This document shows, in pieces, positions 9,256 to 18,417 of a stretch of DNA of 64,000 nucleotides. The notes below the pieces were generated by a model. The model was not told the origin of the DNA, ran no database searches, and worked only from the letters and a program-made list of their open reading frames with translations. A program made the translations under genes and the position numbers. Position 1 is the stretch's first letter; the number at the start of each line of letters is the position of its first letter. The DNA is from a virus, in the IMG/VR virus record IMGVR_UViG_3300027848_000009, positions 1 to 64,000 of that record; one strand, given 5' to 3'.

Positions 9256-10101
9256 ATGGCGACTCCGCCACCACTCAAAGCTGACGAGAATGGCTTCGTC
9301 TCCGAAGCCGACTTCGAGGAGTGGATCGTTTCTTGGGAGGTCGAGTCGGCCCGCCTGATGGGCGACGCCGCAGCGAAGATCGCCGAGGAGCATCTCAACA
9401 TGTACGTCGAGACTTTGGTGGCGGCGGGCGACCCTGCTGTTTTCGATGCGATGACAGCCGAGTGGCAGGTAGCTGTCGATGAGTTCTTGGCGCTCGGTGT
9501 GAAGCCGCTGTATTTGCAAGGTTCGATTGGTGCCCAGTTGGGTGCGCCGTTGATGCCGGTCGATCTGCTGGCGACATGGACCCAGGTCGTGAATGTGAAC
9601 GCAGCGAACTATGTGATGACGGCCAGCAACCGGATCGTTGGTGCGTCGTCGTCGATCTGGTCGCAGGTCCAATTTGCTGCCGAGCAGTCGATCTCATCTG
9701 GCGTCGAGATTCCGAAGCTCCGCAAGGAGGTCGAGAACATCACTGGGTATGCGCGTGGCCGGGCACAGGCGATCGCTCGCACCGAGGTGATGGGCGCATA
9801 CAATGGTGGCGACATGGATGGCGCTCGGGCGCTCGGCGCTTACGGCCCTGTGGAGAAGTCTTGGTTGGCGACGGGTGGGCCGCGTACTCGTGAGAGCCAC
9901 GCCGAGGCTGACGGGCAGACTGTGTTGATGGAGGAGTCGTTCATCGTGGGTGGTGTGGCGATGGATCGCCCGCTCGATCCGTCTGGCCCTGCGGAGGAGG
10001 TCGTGAATTGTCGGTGCGTGATGCAAATGTTTTTCGTGGGCGACACTCGGCCGGATGGGACGACGATCGAGGCGGCGACCGAAGAGGCTCCACCAGAATA
10101 G
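9256..10101 (+). CDS. MuF-like minor head protein
   Basis: RAQAIARTE, KSWLAT..RTRESH..ADGQ, P.DPSGPAEEVVNCRC. Confidence 0.9.
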   Translation: MATPPPLKADENGFVSEADFEEWIVSWEVESARLMGDAAAKIAEEHLNMYVETLVAAGDPAVFDAMTAEWQVAVDEFLALGVKPLYLQGSIGAQLGAPLMPVDLLATWTQVVNVNAANYVMTASNRIVGASSSIWSQVQFAAEQSISSGVEIPKLRKEVENITGYARGRAQAIARTEVMGAYNGGDMDGARALGAYGPVEKSWLATGGPRTRESHAEADGQTVLMEESFIVGGVAMDRPLDPSGPAEEVVNCRCVMQMFFVGDTRPDGTTIEAATEEAPPE

Positions 10102-10154
10102 TTTCGGGTTGAGGGTTGACGACCCGACTCGGGTCGGATAAGATGATTGACATG
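10093..10154 (+). promoter_or_regulatory. conserved promoter/operator, copy 2
   Basis: TTGACG(10116)-17-TAAGAT(10139)-7-ATG; palindrome 10120-10136. Confidence 0.88.
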
Positions 10155-10409
10155 ACCGACACGACAACCTTCCCCATCTCGACCTCCACGACGACCGGCA
10201 CCGACGCCGAGACTGGCCGACGGTGGGCCGAGTTCCGAGTCCTCGCAAACGGCAACTACATCGGCCAGGCAATCGAGATCACGGCGGGCGGCTGCTGGGC
10301 CTCCTTCGGTCACGGTGACCGCCCGGCCGGAACCTTCACCACGAAGACCGACGCCAGCCTCAAGCTCGCCGCCGACTACGCCGCCATGATGGCCACCCGG
10401 CCCTTCTGA
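10152..10409 (+). CDS. moron gene 1, hypothetical
   Basis: Leaderless ATG after conserved promoter. Confidence 0.7.
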   Translation: MTDTTTFPISTSTTTGTDAETGRRWAEFRVLANGNYIGQAIEITAGGCWASFGHGDRPAGTFTTKTDASLKLAADYAAMMATRPF

Positions 10410-10456
10410 TGCCCCTCGCCTCCCGAACCTCGAACCCGACCAGAAAAGAGAATGCG

Positions 10457-10918
10457 ATGACAACCTCCACGACCCTCCGATCCGAAGCCGCCCGGCATGA
10501 GCAGGACGCCGCCGACAGCTTCGACCGCTGCGACACCGACGGCTTCGTCAGCCAATGGGCGTCCGGCTGCATGGCAGCCAAGAAGCGCCTCGCCGCTGCC
10601 ATCGCCGACCGGGGTGGAGTCGCTGAGTTCCCGGCGCTCTTCGATCTCGACGGCAACCTGGTCGCCGCCAAGCTGATCGACGGCAAATACGGGATGGTCT
10701 GGGGCATCCTCGCCTCCGACGATCCGGCGAGCGACATCACCGAATGGGTGACGGCATTCCCGGTGCGTGAGTCCACGATGGCGAAGAAGGGCTACGCCGA
10801 GGGCATGGTCCTCGCACCGGCCTACGCCGACCTCCGAGGTGCCAACGCCTGCAACGTCACCGCCCGCTCCATCCGCACCGACGGCGGATTCTCCCGCAAC
10901 GTCGAGATCGTCGCCTGA
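10457..10918 (+). CDS. moron gene 2, conserved actinophage hypothetical (SFDRCDTDGFxSQWA)
   Basis: ORF with purine-rich SD region; motif recurrent in actinophages. Confidence 0.75.
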   Translation: MTTSTTLRSEAARHEQDAADSFDRCDTDGFVSQWASGCMAAKKRLAAAIADRGGVAEFPALFDLDGNLVAAKLIDGKYGMVWGILASDDPASDITEWVTAFPVRESTMAKKGYAEGMVLAPAYADLRGANACNVTARSIRTDGGFSRNVEIVA

Positions 10919-10936
10919 GTCGATCAGCCAGTCAGC

Positions 10937-10973
10937 GAGCGCCCCGACCGGAACATGGGTCGGGGCGCTCTTT
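10937..10973 (+). terminator. intrinsic terminator closing the moron
   Basis: 13-bp stem GAGCGCCCCGACC/GGTCGGGGCGCTC followed by TTT. Confidence 0.75.
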
Positions 10974-11048
10974 GCGTTCCGGGACACCCACCGGGTTCGA
11001 GCATGACGGTCCACCTCCGATCGGCCCGTATGGGTCTACGCTGTCCGT

Positions 11049-12431
11049 ATGAGGCTCGCACTCGAAGACAACAAGGTCACACTCGCCGAAGATGACGCTC
11101 TCCTGGAGGACTCGCTCGACGACATGGAAGACGCGCTCGACGACGTGGCGGTGGCCGACGACCTCGAACCGGACGACAGCTTCGACGGCCGAACCAAATG
11201 GATTCTGCTCGTCGAGGGCATCGAGACAGGCGACAAACGACTCTTCGAAGAAGGCGCGATCACATGGCGAGATCTCCCGCTCCCGCTCATGGCGACCGAC
11301 ATGACCGGCAACGGCCACGACGGCGCACAGCTCGTCGGCCGGTTCGTCGAGATCTACCGTGAGGGCAACCAGGTCATCGGCGTGTCCGAGCCGATCGACT
11401 CCGACGACGACAACGTGCTCCGACTCCAGAGGCTCATCGACAGCGGCGACCTCAAAGGAATCTCTGTGGACCTCGACAACATCGAAGGCTCGATGATCGT
11501 CGAAGAGATGCCCGACCCGACCGAGAACGAAGACGGCACAATCGGCATTGATATGTCGATGCCGAAGATCCGTATCTCCGCCGCCCGCATCATGGGTGCG
11601 ACCGGCGTCCCGTTCCCGGCGTTCGCCGAGGCCCACCAGATCCAAGCCAGCCTCATCGCCGGAGCGATGTCGCTCGACACCCTCCAGACCGCAGACGTGG
11701 CCCTCATCAATGCGCCAGTCCGACCGCCGCTCCACTGGTTCGATGACCCTGGCTTCGTGGGCCCGACGCCGATGGATGTCGAGTCCGACGGATACATCCG
11801 AGGCCACGTCGCTCTCTGGGCGTCATGCCATCGCGGCTTCGATTCCTGCACCCCTCCGCCTCGCGCCCCATCCGGCAACTACGAGCACTTCCACACCGGC
11901 CAGATCATCACGGCCGACGGCTCGAAGATCGGCGTCGGCAACATCACCGTCGATTCCGGTCACGCCGACATCAGAGCGAATGCCAACCTCGCCAAAGAGC
12001 ACTACGACAACACCGGCTGGATCGGTGCCGACGTGCGTTGCGGCGAGGACAGCTTCGGTATCTGGATGGCCGGTGCGATCCGCTCCGACATCAGCCCTGA
12101 GATGTTGCGGGCGCTGATGGCAACCGACGTTTCTGGGGACTGGAGGTCGATCAACGGACGCTTACGACTGATCGGGCTGGCCTCGATTCCGGTGCCCGGT
12201 TTCGTCAAGACTCAGGTCGCCTCGGGTGAGCTTCTTGCGATGGTCGCCTCGATCCCGGTGTGCGCCGCCGACCTCGACCCGATCGACCTACGAATAGCAG
12301 ACAGGATCGCCCTCTCAGTAGGCCGTACACGAGAGCAAATCATGGCAGATCGAGATCGTGTCGCATACGGCATCGGACGCCACCCAGCGCAGCAGAGAGC
12401 TGCCCTGGCAAACCGGATTCATGGCAAGTAG
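11049..12431 (+). CDS. capsid maturation protease (cluster-B-like)
   Basis: EGIETGDKR...LPLPLM...GHDGA..VG; GATGVPFPAF.EA; GHVALW.SCH; SGDWR; lies between MuF and MCP. Confidence 0.8.
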   Translation: MRLALEDNKVTLAEDDALLEDSLDDMEDALDDVAVADDLEPDDSFDGRTKWILLVEGIETGDKRLFEEGAITWRDLPLPLMATDMTGNGHDGAQLVGRFVEIYREGNQVIGVSEPIDSDDDNVLRLQRLIDSGDLKGISVDLDNIEGSMIVEEMPDPTENEDGTIGIDMSMPKIRISAARIMGATGVPFPAFAEAHQIQASLIAGAMSLDTLQTADVALINAPVRPPLHWFDDPGFVGPTPMDVESDGYIRGHVALWASCHRGFDSCTPPPRAPSGNYEHFHTGQIITADGSKIGVGNITVDSGHADIRANANLAKEHYDNTGWIGADVRCGEDSFGIWMAGAIRSDISPEMLRALMATDVSGDWRSINGRLRLIGLASIPVPGFVKTQVASGELLAMVASIPVCAADLDPIDLRIADRIALSVGRTREQIMADRDRVAYGIGRHPAQQRAALANRIHGK

Positions 12432-12437
12432 CAGCTC

Positions 12438-12629
12438 ATGGCATGAGGCGGCTCCGTTCGGAGAGGTCAGCCCGTGAGGCTTGACGCACAGCAGGCACGC
12501 GCTGCCTCGACGCAAGTGATCCACGAAGTCTTTCGAGATGACGTTTCGACCGGTCGCCGTTTCACTTCCCTGCCAGCAGCACAACGCTACGCACACTCGG
12601 TCGGTGGCACCATTCGCCCGCTGGCTTGA
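12438..12629 (+). CDS. small head-module protein; either ATG 12438 with in-frame TGA at codon 3, or GTG 12474 start
   Basis: MA*GGSVRRGQPVRLDAQQ...HEVFRDD..TGRRFTSLPAAQRYAHSVGGTIRPLA; fills the gap between protease and MCP. Confidence 0.55.
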
Positions 12630-12753
12630 CACGTCTGCTACAGTTACAACTGATCCGCCCCACCGGTATGACCGGTAGCGGTGCGAACATGGGTATGACC
12701 CTGGCGCATGATGATTCCTCAATCTCATACACCCCGCCCAGGAGGCACCCAAA

Positions 12754-14340
12754 ATGGACACCAATCTTCCCGAATCCTTCGACGGCATCACCGATGCTGA
12801 GCTTGACGCAATGGAAGCGTCGATCATCGAAGAGTTCGACGCAAAGTACGACAACGACACCCCGGCACCAGTCGCCGACCTGACCGAGATCGCCGAGGCA
12901 CTCGATGCCGTGCGCTCCGAGCAGGCTGCCCGCACCGAGCAGGCTGACGCCGACTCCGAGGCGCGCGCTGCTCTCGGTGACCGGGTTCGCCCAGTCGCCG
13001 AAGAAGATGTCTTCGAGGAGATCGTCGCCGAAGTCGTCGAAGAGATCGAAGTTGCCGAAGAGCTGGAGTTGGTCACCGCCAGCCTCAAGCCGAAGGCACC
13101 GTCCGCTCGCCGCATGGCGACTCGCGACGTGACTCCTCCCGCTGCCGAAGCGAAGCAGATGACAACGATCACTGCCGCTGCCGACATCCCTGGAATCACT
13201 TCCGGCTCGCAGCTCGACCGCATGGGACTGGCACGAGCATTCGCTGCCCGTTCCCGTGGCCTCGCTGACCACTCGCCTCGTGTGGGTGTCGCAACCGTGG
13301 ACACCGGAATCCCCGAAGAGCACTTCGTGCGTGACGGTGGAGACTCCGCCTCGCAGGTCATGGAAGCGGTCGTCGCTTCCTCGCTCCGTGGCAAAGATGC
13401 CCAGTCCCTCGTCGCTTCGGGTGGCTTCTGCACCCCGTCGGAGAACATGTACGAGCTGTTCAGCATCGAAAGCCGTGACGGTCTTCTCGACCTCCCGACG
13501 ATGGGCGTGTCACGCGGTGGCATCAACATCCCGAGTTACATCGGCTTGTCCGATGTTTCTTCGGCGCTGTGGACCTGGACGGAGGCGACCGACATCACGC
13601 CGGGCGCATCGGTCAAGGCTTGCCTGCAAGTTCCGTGCCCGACCTGGACTGACTACCGGCTCATCGCCGAGGGTCTGTGCTTGACGGCTGGCAACTTCAT
13701 GGACAAGAGCTACCCCGAGATGCTGGCCCGCACGACGGACCTCGCGATGACCGCCCACATGCACCGTGTGTCGGCAGCTCATCTCGCAGCCATCGTCGCC
13801 GGGGCAACCGCGGTCACCGTGACCTCGCTCCCGACCGACGCCGCTGGCGACATCCTGAGCGCCGTAGACCTTCAAGTCGCTGACTACCGGAGCACCTTCA
13901 CGATGTCTCCGAACGCAGTGCTCGAAGCGGTCTTCCCGACCTGGGTTCGTGGAGCAATCCGCTCCACCCTCGCAGCCCGTGCAGGCATCGGATACTTCGA
14001 TGTCAGCGACGAGGACATCACCCGGTTCTTCACGATCCGCGGTGTGCGTCCTCAGTTCGTGACCGGACAAGATCCGATCACGACCGGCACAGCGCTCACG
14101 GCATGGCCGACGACGACCACCTTCCTGCTGTTCCCGGCAGGCGGCTACGTCGCAGGCGACGGCGGCACGATCGACCTCGGTGTCGTTCGTGACTCGACGC
14201 TCAACGCAACCAACGACTTCACGTTGGCTTGGACGGAGCAGTTCATGCTGACCGCCCAGCGTGGTCCTGCTGCACGCAACGTCACCGTCTCGACGGTTGT
14301 TGACGGGCAGACCGGCGGACCTGAGTTCGTCGGAGCCTGA
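12754..14340 (+). CDS. major capsid (hexamer) protein with N-terminal scaffold region
   Basis: AGGAGG SD; LVASGGFCTPSE..Y, DGLLDLP, KACLQVPCP, GTIDLGVVRDSTLN..NDF (cluster B-type MCP). Confidence 0.9.
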   Translation: MDTNLPESFDGITDAELDAMEASIIEEFDAKYDNDTPAPVADLTEIAEALDAVRSEQAARTEQADADSEARAALGDRVRPVAEEDVFEEIVAEVVEEIEVAEELELVTASLKPKAPSARRMATRDVTPPAAEAKQMTTITAAADIPGITSGSQLDRMGLARAFAARSRGLADHSPRVGVATVDTGIPEEHFVRDGGDSASQVMEAVVASSLRGKDAQSLVASGGFCTPSENMYELFSIESRDGLLDLPTMGVSRGGINIPSYIGLSDVSSALWTWTEATDITPGASVKACLQVPCPTWTDYRLIAEGLCLTAGNFMDKSYPEMLARTTDLAMTAHMHRVSAAHLAAIVAGATAVTVTSLPTDAAGDILSAVDLQVADYRSTFTMSPNAVLEAVFPTWVRGAIRSTLAARAGIGYFDVSDEDITRFFTIRGVRPQFVTGQDPITTGTALTAWPTTTTFLLFPAGGYVAGDGGTIDLGVVRDSTLNATNDFTLAWTEQFMLTAQRGPAARNVTVSTVVDGQTGGPEFVGA

Positions 14341-14352
14341 GTAAGTTTCTGA

Positions 14353-14395
14353 GGATCGACGCAACCTTCTCCCCTGGGGGTTGCGTCGGTCCTTT
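14353..14395 (+). terminator. intrinsic terminator after MCP
   Basis: GGATCGACGCAACCTT/GGGGTTGCGTCGGTCC stem plus TTT. Confidence 0.7.
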
Positions 14396-14432
14396 GGTTC
14401 GGTTCAACTAACACGAGATCAAAGAGGCAACA

Positions 14433-15251
14433 ATGGCTGGAGTTCCAGATATCTACGACGTGACCACGGCACCGGTCTCTGCACCACGAGCATTCGGCGG
14501 ATTGAGCGTGTTCGACTTCGAGGACTACGGCGAGCACGCTGGCCTCGGGATGACATGGGATACGACGGCCTGCTTCCAAAGTGGCTTCACATACAACGCC
14601 TGCGTGGATCCCTCACGAGATCCTCTGACCGCCTCGGGTTGCAACATCCAGGGCTACGCCGACCCGTTCGCTGTCTACACTTACGACACCGACTCGATCG
14701 GTGCGGGGAGCCGCAGCATCGCCCAGCACGAGGCCAACGCTACGGCCCGACTCCTCGCCGCTGAGCAATGGGGTTTCGAGCAGTACCTCGTCGCCTACCT
14801 GATCGCAAACAAGACTGACGTGGCGATGGCCGGGCTGGCCCCTGCCGCCGACGGCAACACCACCGCTCAGCGGGCGTTCATCGCACTCGCCACCGCCGAA
14901 GAAGCGACAGCCCAGATCACCAACAACGAACGCACACTGTTCATGAACACCTGGCTCGGCTCGCTGCTGATCTCCCAGGGTGCTCTCAAGCCCTTCGGTG
15001 GCGTCATGAAAACGCAGCTCGGTTCGAGGGTTGCGATCACAGCAACCAATCCGCTGACCGGCACCTCGCCCGCCACGATCTACGGCTCCGGCCCGTGGAA
15101 GACGCATCGGGGTGCAGTCGAAACTCTCAACGGGACGACGGCCCCAGGCACTGCGGTCAACGACGTGTCGATCATCGCCCAACGGGTCTACGCCATCGGC
15201 ACCGCTTGCGGCGTCGTAGCTGTCGATTCGGGCATCCTCAAAGTCCCATAA
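14433..15251 (+). CDS. capsid pentamer-like protein
   Basis: GGLSVF..G.TWDT.AC, DPFAVY, A.ARLLAAEQ..FE; follows MCP as in cluster B. Confidence 0.65.
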   Translation: MAGVPDIYDVTTAPVSAPRAFGGLSVFDFEDYGEHAGLGMTWDTTACFQSGFTYNACVDPSRDPLTASGCNIQGYADPFAVYTYDTDSIGAGSRSIAQHEANATARLLAAEQWGFEQYLVAYLIANKTDVAMAGLAPAADGNTTAQRAFIALATAEEATAQITNNERTLFMNTWLGSLLISQGALKPFGGVMKTQLGSRVAITATNPLTGTSPATIYGSGPWKTHRGAVETLNGTTAPGTAVNDVSIIAQRVYAIGTACGVVAVDSGILKVP

Positions 15252-15285
15252 TTCAACCAATACCCGCCCGTAGGAGGCAACAGCA

Positions 15286-15945
15286 ATGGCAACCAAAATG
15301 CTCAACTCATTGAAGGGCCGGGTCATCCGAATCACCCGTCTCAACGACTGCGGCGTCCCCGTCGTGGGACTCTGCTCGTCAATCGTGACGGCCGGGTTCA
15401 TCACTCTCGGGTTCGCGCCCGAGGTCGAGAGCGGCGAGGAGTACACCCAGAAGAATGCGTGGGGCGATTTCTGTATCAGCGAGAAGGACGCCGACATCAA
15501 CAAATGGGTCAACGTGTCGCTCTCGCTCTGCGAGGTGAACCCCGACATCCTCGACATCGTTGGTGGCGGTAGCCCGATTATTGACGGGACCGACACGATC
15601 GGTTCGAGCTTCGGTGCAGCCAACAACACCGAAGGCTTTGCGATCGAAGTGTGGACGAAGCAGGCTGGCGGCAACTGTGCGGGCGGCGTCGCCGAGTGGG
15701 GTTACTTTGTCGCCCCGTTCTGCATCAACGGCACCCTCGACGGCTCGGTCACAATCGAGAACGGCACGATGGCTGTGGATCTCAAAGGCCAGGGCCAAGC
15801 CGCCGTAGCCGCCTGGGGAGTCAACCCATACGGAGACAATCCGCTGCTCGCCGGAGCCGGGTTCCCGGTCGGCGATATGTGGGCGGTCGTCCGTACCACG
15901 GTCCAGCCTCCCGCTGTCACCGACGGTTGCGTGGCTCTCGCATGA
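15286..15945 (+). CDS. major tail protein
   Basis: GRVIRITRLNDCG, GEEYTQKNAWGDFCISE, FAIEVW. Confidence 0.85.
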   Translation: MATKMLNSLKGRVIRITRLNDCGVPVVGLCSSIVTAGFITLGFAPEVESGEEYTQKNAWGDFCISEKDADINKWVNVSLSLCEVNPDILDIVGGGSPIIDGTDTIGSSFGAANNTEGFAIEVWTKQAGGNCAGGVAEWGYFVAPFCINGTLDGSVTIENGTMAVDLKGQGQAAVAAWGVNPYGDNPLLAGAGFPVGDMWAVVRTTVQPPAVTDGCVALA

Positions 15946-16109
15946 GTCATCCTTTCGCTGACATGCTGCGTGAGGTTGTGGCGGGCACCAGGGTCGATCC
16001 TGGCATGGCGAAGGCCACGCCAGCAGCAAAGCCCGAATCAAAAATTGAGGCGAAGCCCGAGGCGAAGCCCGGACGCCGCAAAGGCAATTCCGCAGCCAGC
16101 GAAGACTGA
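15942..16109 (+). CDS. small hypothetical protein
   Basis: ATGA-coupled 55-aa ORF. Confidence 0.5.
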   Translation: MSHPFADMLREVVAGTRVDPGMAKATPAAKPESKIEAKPEAKPGRRKGNSAASED

Positions 16110-16125
16110 CAAGTAGGATTGGTCC

Positions 16126-16833
16126 ATGAGCCGCACCGTTGCCCAGCCGTGGACCAATCTTGTCACCTATCCGTGCGACGTTTCCGCGGTCACTGCTGAC
16201 ATCCTCGCCCAAGCTTTGAGCATGGCTCAGTCGTGGATGTTTGCTCTGTCCGGTGCTCGCATCGGGATGTTCACAACGACCGACGATATGTACCAGGCCG
16301 AGTGCGGCCCGAGATGTTTCTTCCCGTACAAGGATGCTCAGGGCCAGTGGCGGAACGGTCTTGTCGGGGCGCACGATTGTTGCCGCATCGAAATCTTCCG
16401 GCAGCCGGTCAATGCGATCACCCAGATTAAACTGTCAGGCGTCGTCCTCGACCCGACCGGATATGTGTTGACCTCCAACTCGGTTCGTCGCCTCGATGCG
16501 TGCTGGCCGTGCATCGACAGTTGCGAAGCACCGATCATCCAGTTGGATTACACGTGGGGCGTCACACCGGAGCCGTTGGCGCTGGCTGCTGCTGGCGAGC
16601 TGGCTTGCGAGTTCATCAACATCCTCGTCGGCAGCGAATGCAAGCTGCCGTCGGGTGCTTCGCAGATCGTCCGTCAGGGTGTCACCGTCACCCGACCGAA
16701 CATCGAGTCGATTCTGTCCAACGGTCTGACTGGCTTGCCGATCGTTGATGCGTTCATCCGCACATACAACCCAGCCGGGTTGAGGCAACGTTCTCGTGTC
16801 ATCAGGATTGACGGAGTGAGCGTGGCGACATGA
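16126..16833 (+). CDS. head-to-tail adaptor
   Basis: AAGELACEF...CKLP..ASQIVRQGVT, GLTGLPIVDAFI..YNP. Confidence 0.8.
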   Translation: MSRTVAQPWTNLVTYPCDVSAVTADILAQALSMAQSWMFALSGARIGMFTTTDDMYQAECGPRCFFPYKDAQGQWRNGLVGAHDCCRIEIFRQPVNAITQIKLSGVVLDPTGYVLTSNSVRRLDACWPCIDSCEAPIIQLDYTWGVTPEPLALAAAGELACEFINILVGSECKLPSGASQIVRQGVTVTRPNIESILSNGLTGLPIVDAFIRTYNPAGLRQRSRVIRIDGVSVAT

Positions 16834-17345
16834 CCACGGATGTCACCTTCGGCCCGTACCAGGTCGCAGAGTGGTTTCTTGCGGCGTCGCTCGGCGATCT
16901 CGCTGCGTGTGGATCTGATCCGATCACGACGGCATATGTTGGCGCTGGTCTTGCACCGTGGGACGATTGTTGTGGCCAGCTTGTCGTGACACCGGAGTCC
17001 ATGTTTCGGTCGTCGGCGTTCCCGGCCGAGTCGGCGACGGATGACCATTGCGACGGGGCGACGATCGCAATCGGCATCGTGGCGACTTTGGTGCGTTGTG
17101 TTCCGACATTGTCCGACTCCGGTAAGGCTCCGTCGGCTGAGCAGATCAACGTGGCGCACAAGAAAGTGTTGGATGATGCTGCGATCATGTGGCGTGCGTT
17201 CACGTCGCCGATGCCGGTGGAGAACGAGTGGGATCGGGCACAGGTCCGGCAGGTCATTATTGACACGACGGGCGGGTGCGTTGCGATCGAGACTCGCTGC
17301 ATTGTTGGCGTCGAGTCTTCTCGCTGGTGTGTGCACTGCTCATGA
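16830..17345 (+). CDS. tail terminator/neck protein
   Basis: WDDCCGQLVV, LVRCVP, GGC motifs; position. Confidence 0.7.
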   Translation: MTTDVTFGPYQVAEWFLAASLGDLAACGSDPITTAYVGAGLAPWDDCCGQLVVTPESMFRSSAFPAESATDDHCDGATIAIGIVATLVRCVPTLSDSGKAPSAEQINVAHKKVLDDAAIMWRAFTSPMPVENEWDRAQVRQVIIDTTGGCVAIETRCIVGVESSRWCVHCS

Positions 17346-17647
17346 CTGTTGTTCAGGTCCGGCTCGACTCGCCCGAGCTGGCGCAGCTCTTGTCTTCGCC
17401 GACCGGGCCGGTCGGCCAGGATCTTGTCCGGCGTTTGCAGCGAGTCACGAACAAGGCGCGCACGTTGGCTCCTGTTGACACCGGCAATCTTCGAGGCTCG
17501 ATCGACTGGGAAGTTCTCAAACGTGGGAACCAGTTGGTCGGTGTCGTCGGGACGAATGTGCCGTATGCGCTTTACATCGAGAAGGGCACCAGATACATGG
17601 CCCCTCGCTCATTCCTGAAAGATGCGTTGTCGGCTGCCCGTTTCTAG
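17342..17647 (+). CDS. HK97 gp10-like neck protein
   Basis: APVDTGNLRGSI...VGTNVPYALYIEKGT.YM.PRSFL. Confidence 0.85.
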   Translation: MTVVQVRLDSPELAQLLSSPTGPVGQDLVRRLQRVTNKARTLAPVDTGNLRGSIDWEVLKRGNQLVGVVGTNVPYALYIEKGTRYMAPRSFLKDALSAARF

Positions 17648-17758
17648 CCCCTGAGACGGCGCTATATGCCCGTCTAAGCGCTTCAAGCCGGTATTCGCCG
17701 CCGTTGCCCCGGTCGGGATGGTTGGCTTCTCAGATCGCGCCGACTACTGTCGGGGTTC

Positions 17759-18196
17759 ATGGCACTCTCAAGCAAGAACCTCCAAGCACTCAATCGGGCG
17801 AAGGAAAGGATCGCTGAGTCGGCGATCGTCCTCGAACGCACATACTGGGAGTCGGAGTTCACATTCAGGTTTCGGCCGGTGCTCACGATGCCCGCCCTGG
17901 AGGTCATCTCAAAGATTCAGGCTTCGACCGGCGACGACGTGATGGCGCAGACCGGCAACGTGAAAGATCTGTTGATACTGATGGCGCTCGACGATGAAAC
18001 GGAGGAGCTGATCGACATGCTCATCGTCGAAGGCACTTTGGACATCAAGTCGATGATCGCTTTGCAAGCCGATGTGGTTTCTGCTGCCGCAGCGCGCCCT
18101 ACCGTGAGGTCGTCGTCATCAGCGGATGGATCGCTCTCCAGTGGTCCAGCTTCGACGGCCTCTGCACAGCCCGAGGAATCGACGCTGCCGCTCTGA
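17759..18196 (+). CDS. tail assembly chaperone (gpG-like)
   Basis: Upstream of TMP; ends RPT plus Ser-rich tail. Confidence 0.75.
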   Translation: MALSSKNLQALNRAKERIAESAIVLERTYWESEFTFRFRPVLTMPALEVISKIQASTGDDVMAQTGNVKDLLILMALDDETEELIDMLIVEGTLDIKSMIALQADVVSAAAARPTVRSSSSADGSLSSGPASTASAQPEESTLPL

Positions 18197-18408
18197 GTCT
18201 CGACCGTCTGCTGAATCTGTTTCTTGCGATCGCATATGAGCGGGCCGACGCCGAGATCATCGAGGCGATCGACGATGCGTTGATGCCGCCGAATCAGATC
18301 GACTCGTTGACTGGTTTGCCGTTCGGTTGGGATGAGGAAGACGAACTCGAAGGACTCGGGTCGTTGCTTACAACGGCGCTCCCGGTCGGCGACGCTTCTC
18401 CGAAGTAG
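18097..18408 (+). CDS. tail assembly chaperone -1 frameshift extension (gpGT-like)
   Basis: -1 frame from CGCCCTACC reads PYREVVVISGW..FDGLC..RGID...LSLDRLLN..GWDEE to TAG 18408. Confidence 0.65.
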   Translation, partial: PYREVVVISGWIALQWSSFDGLCTARGIDAAALSLDRLLNLFLAIAYERADAEIIEAIDDALMPPNQIDSLTGLPFGWDEEDELEGLGSLLTTALPVGDASPK

Positions 18409-18417
18409 GCTGCGAGG

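Noticed and set aside
8614-16374. Long antisense ORFs (e.g. 8614-9672, 12315-13529, 14613-15674, 15379-16374; also 36868-38184, 39194-40375)
   Set aside because: Shadow frames of well-supported genes in GC-rich DNA, with no recognisable motifs.
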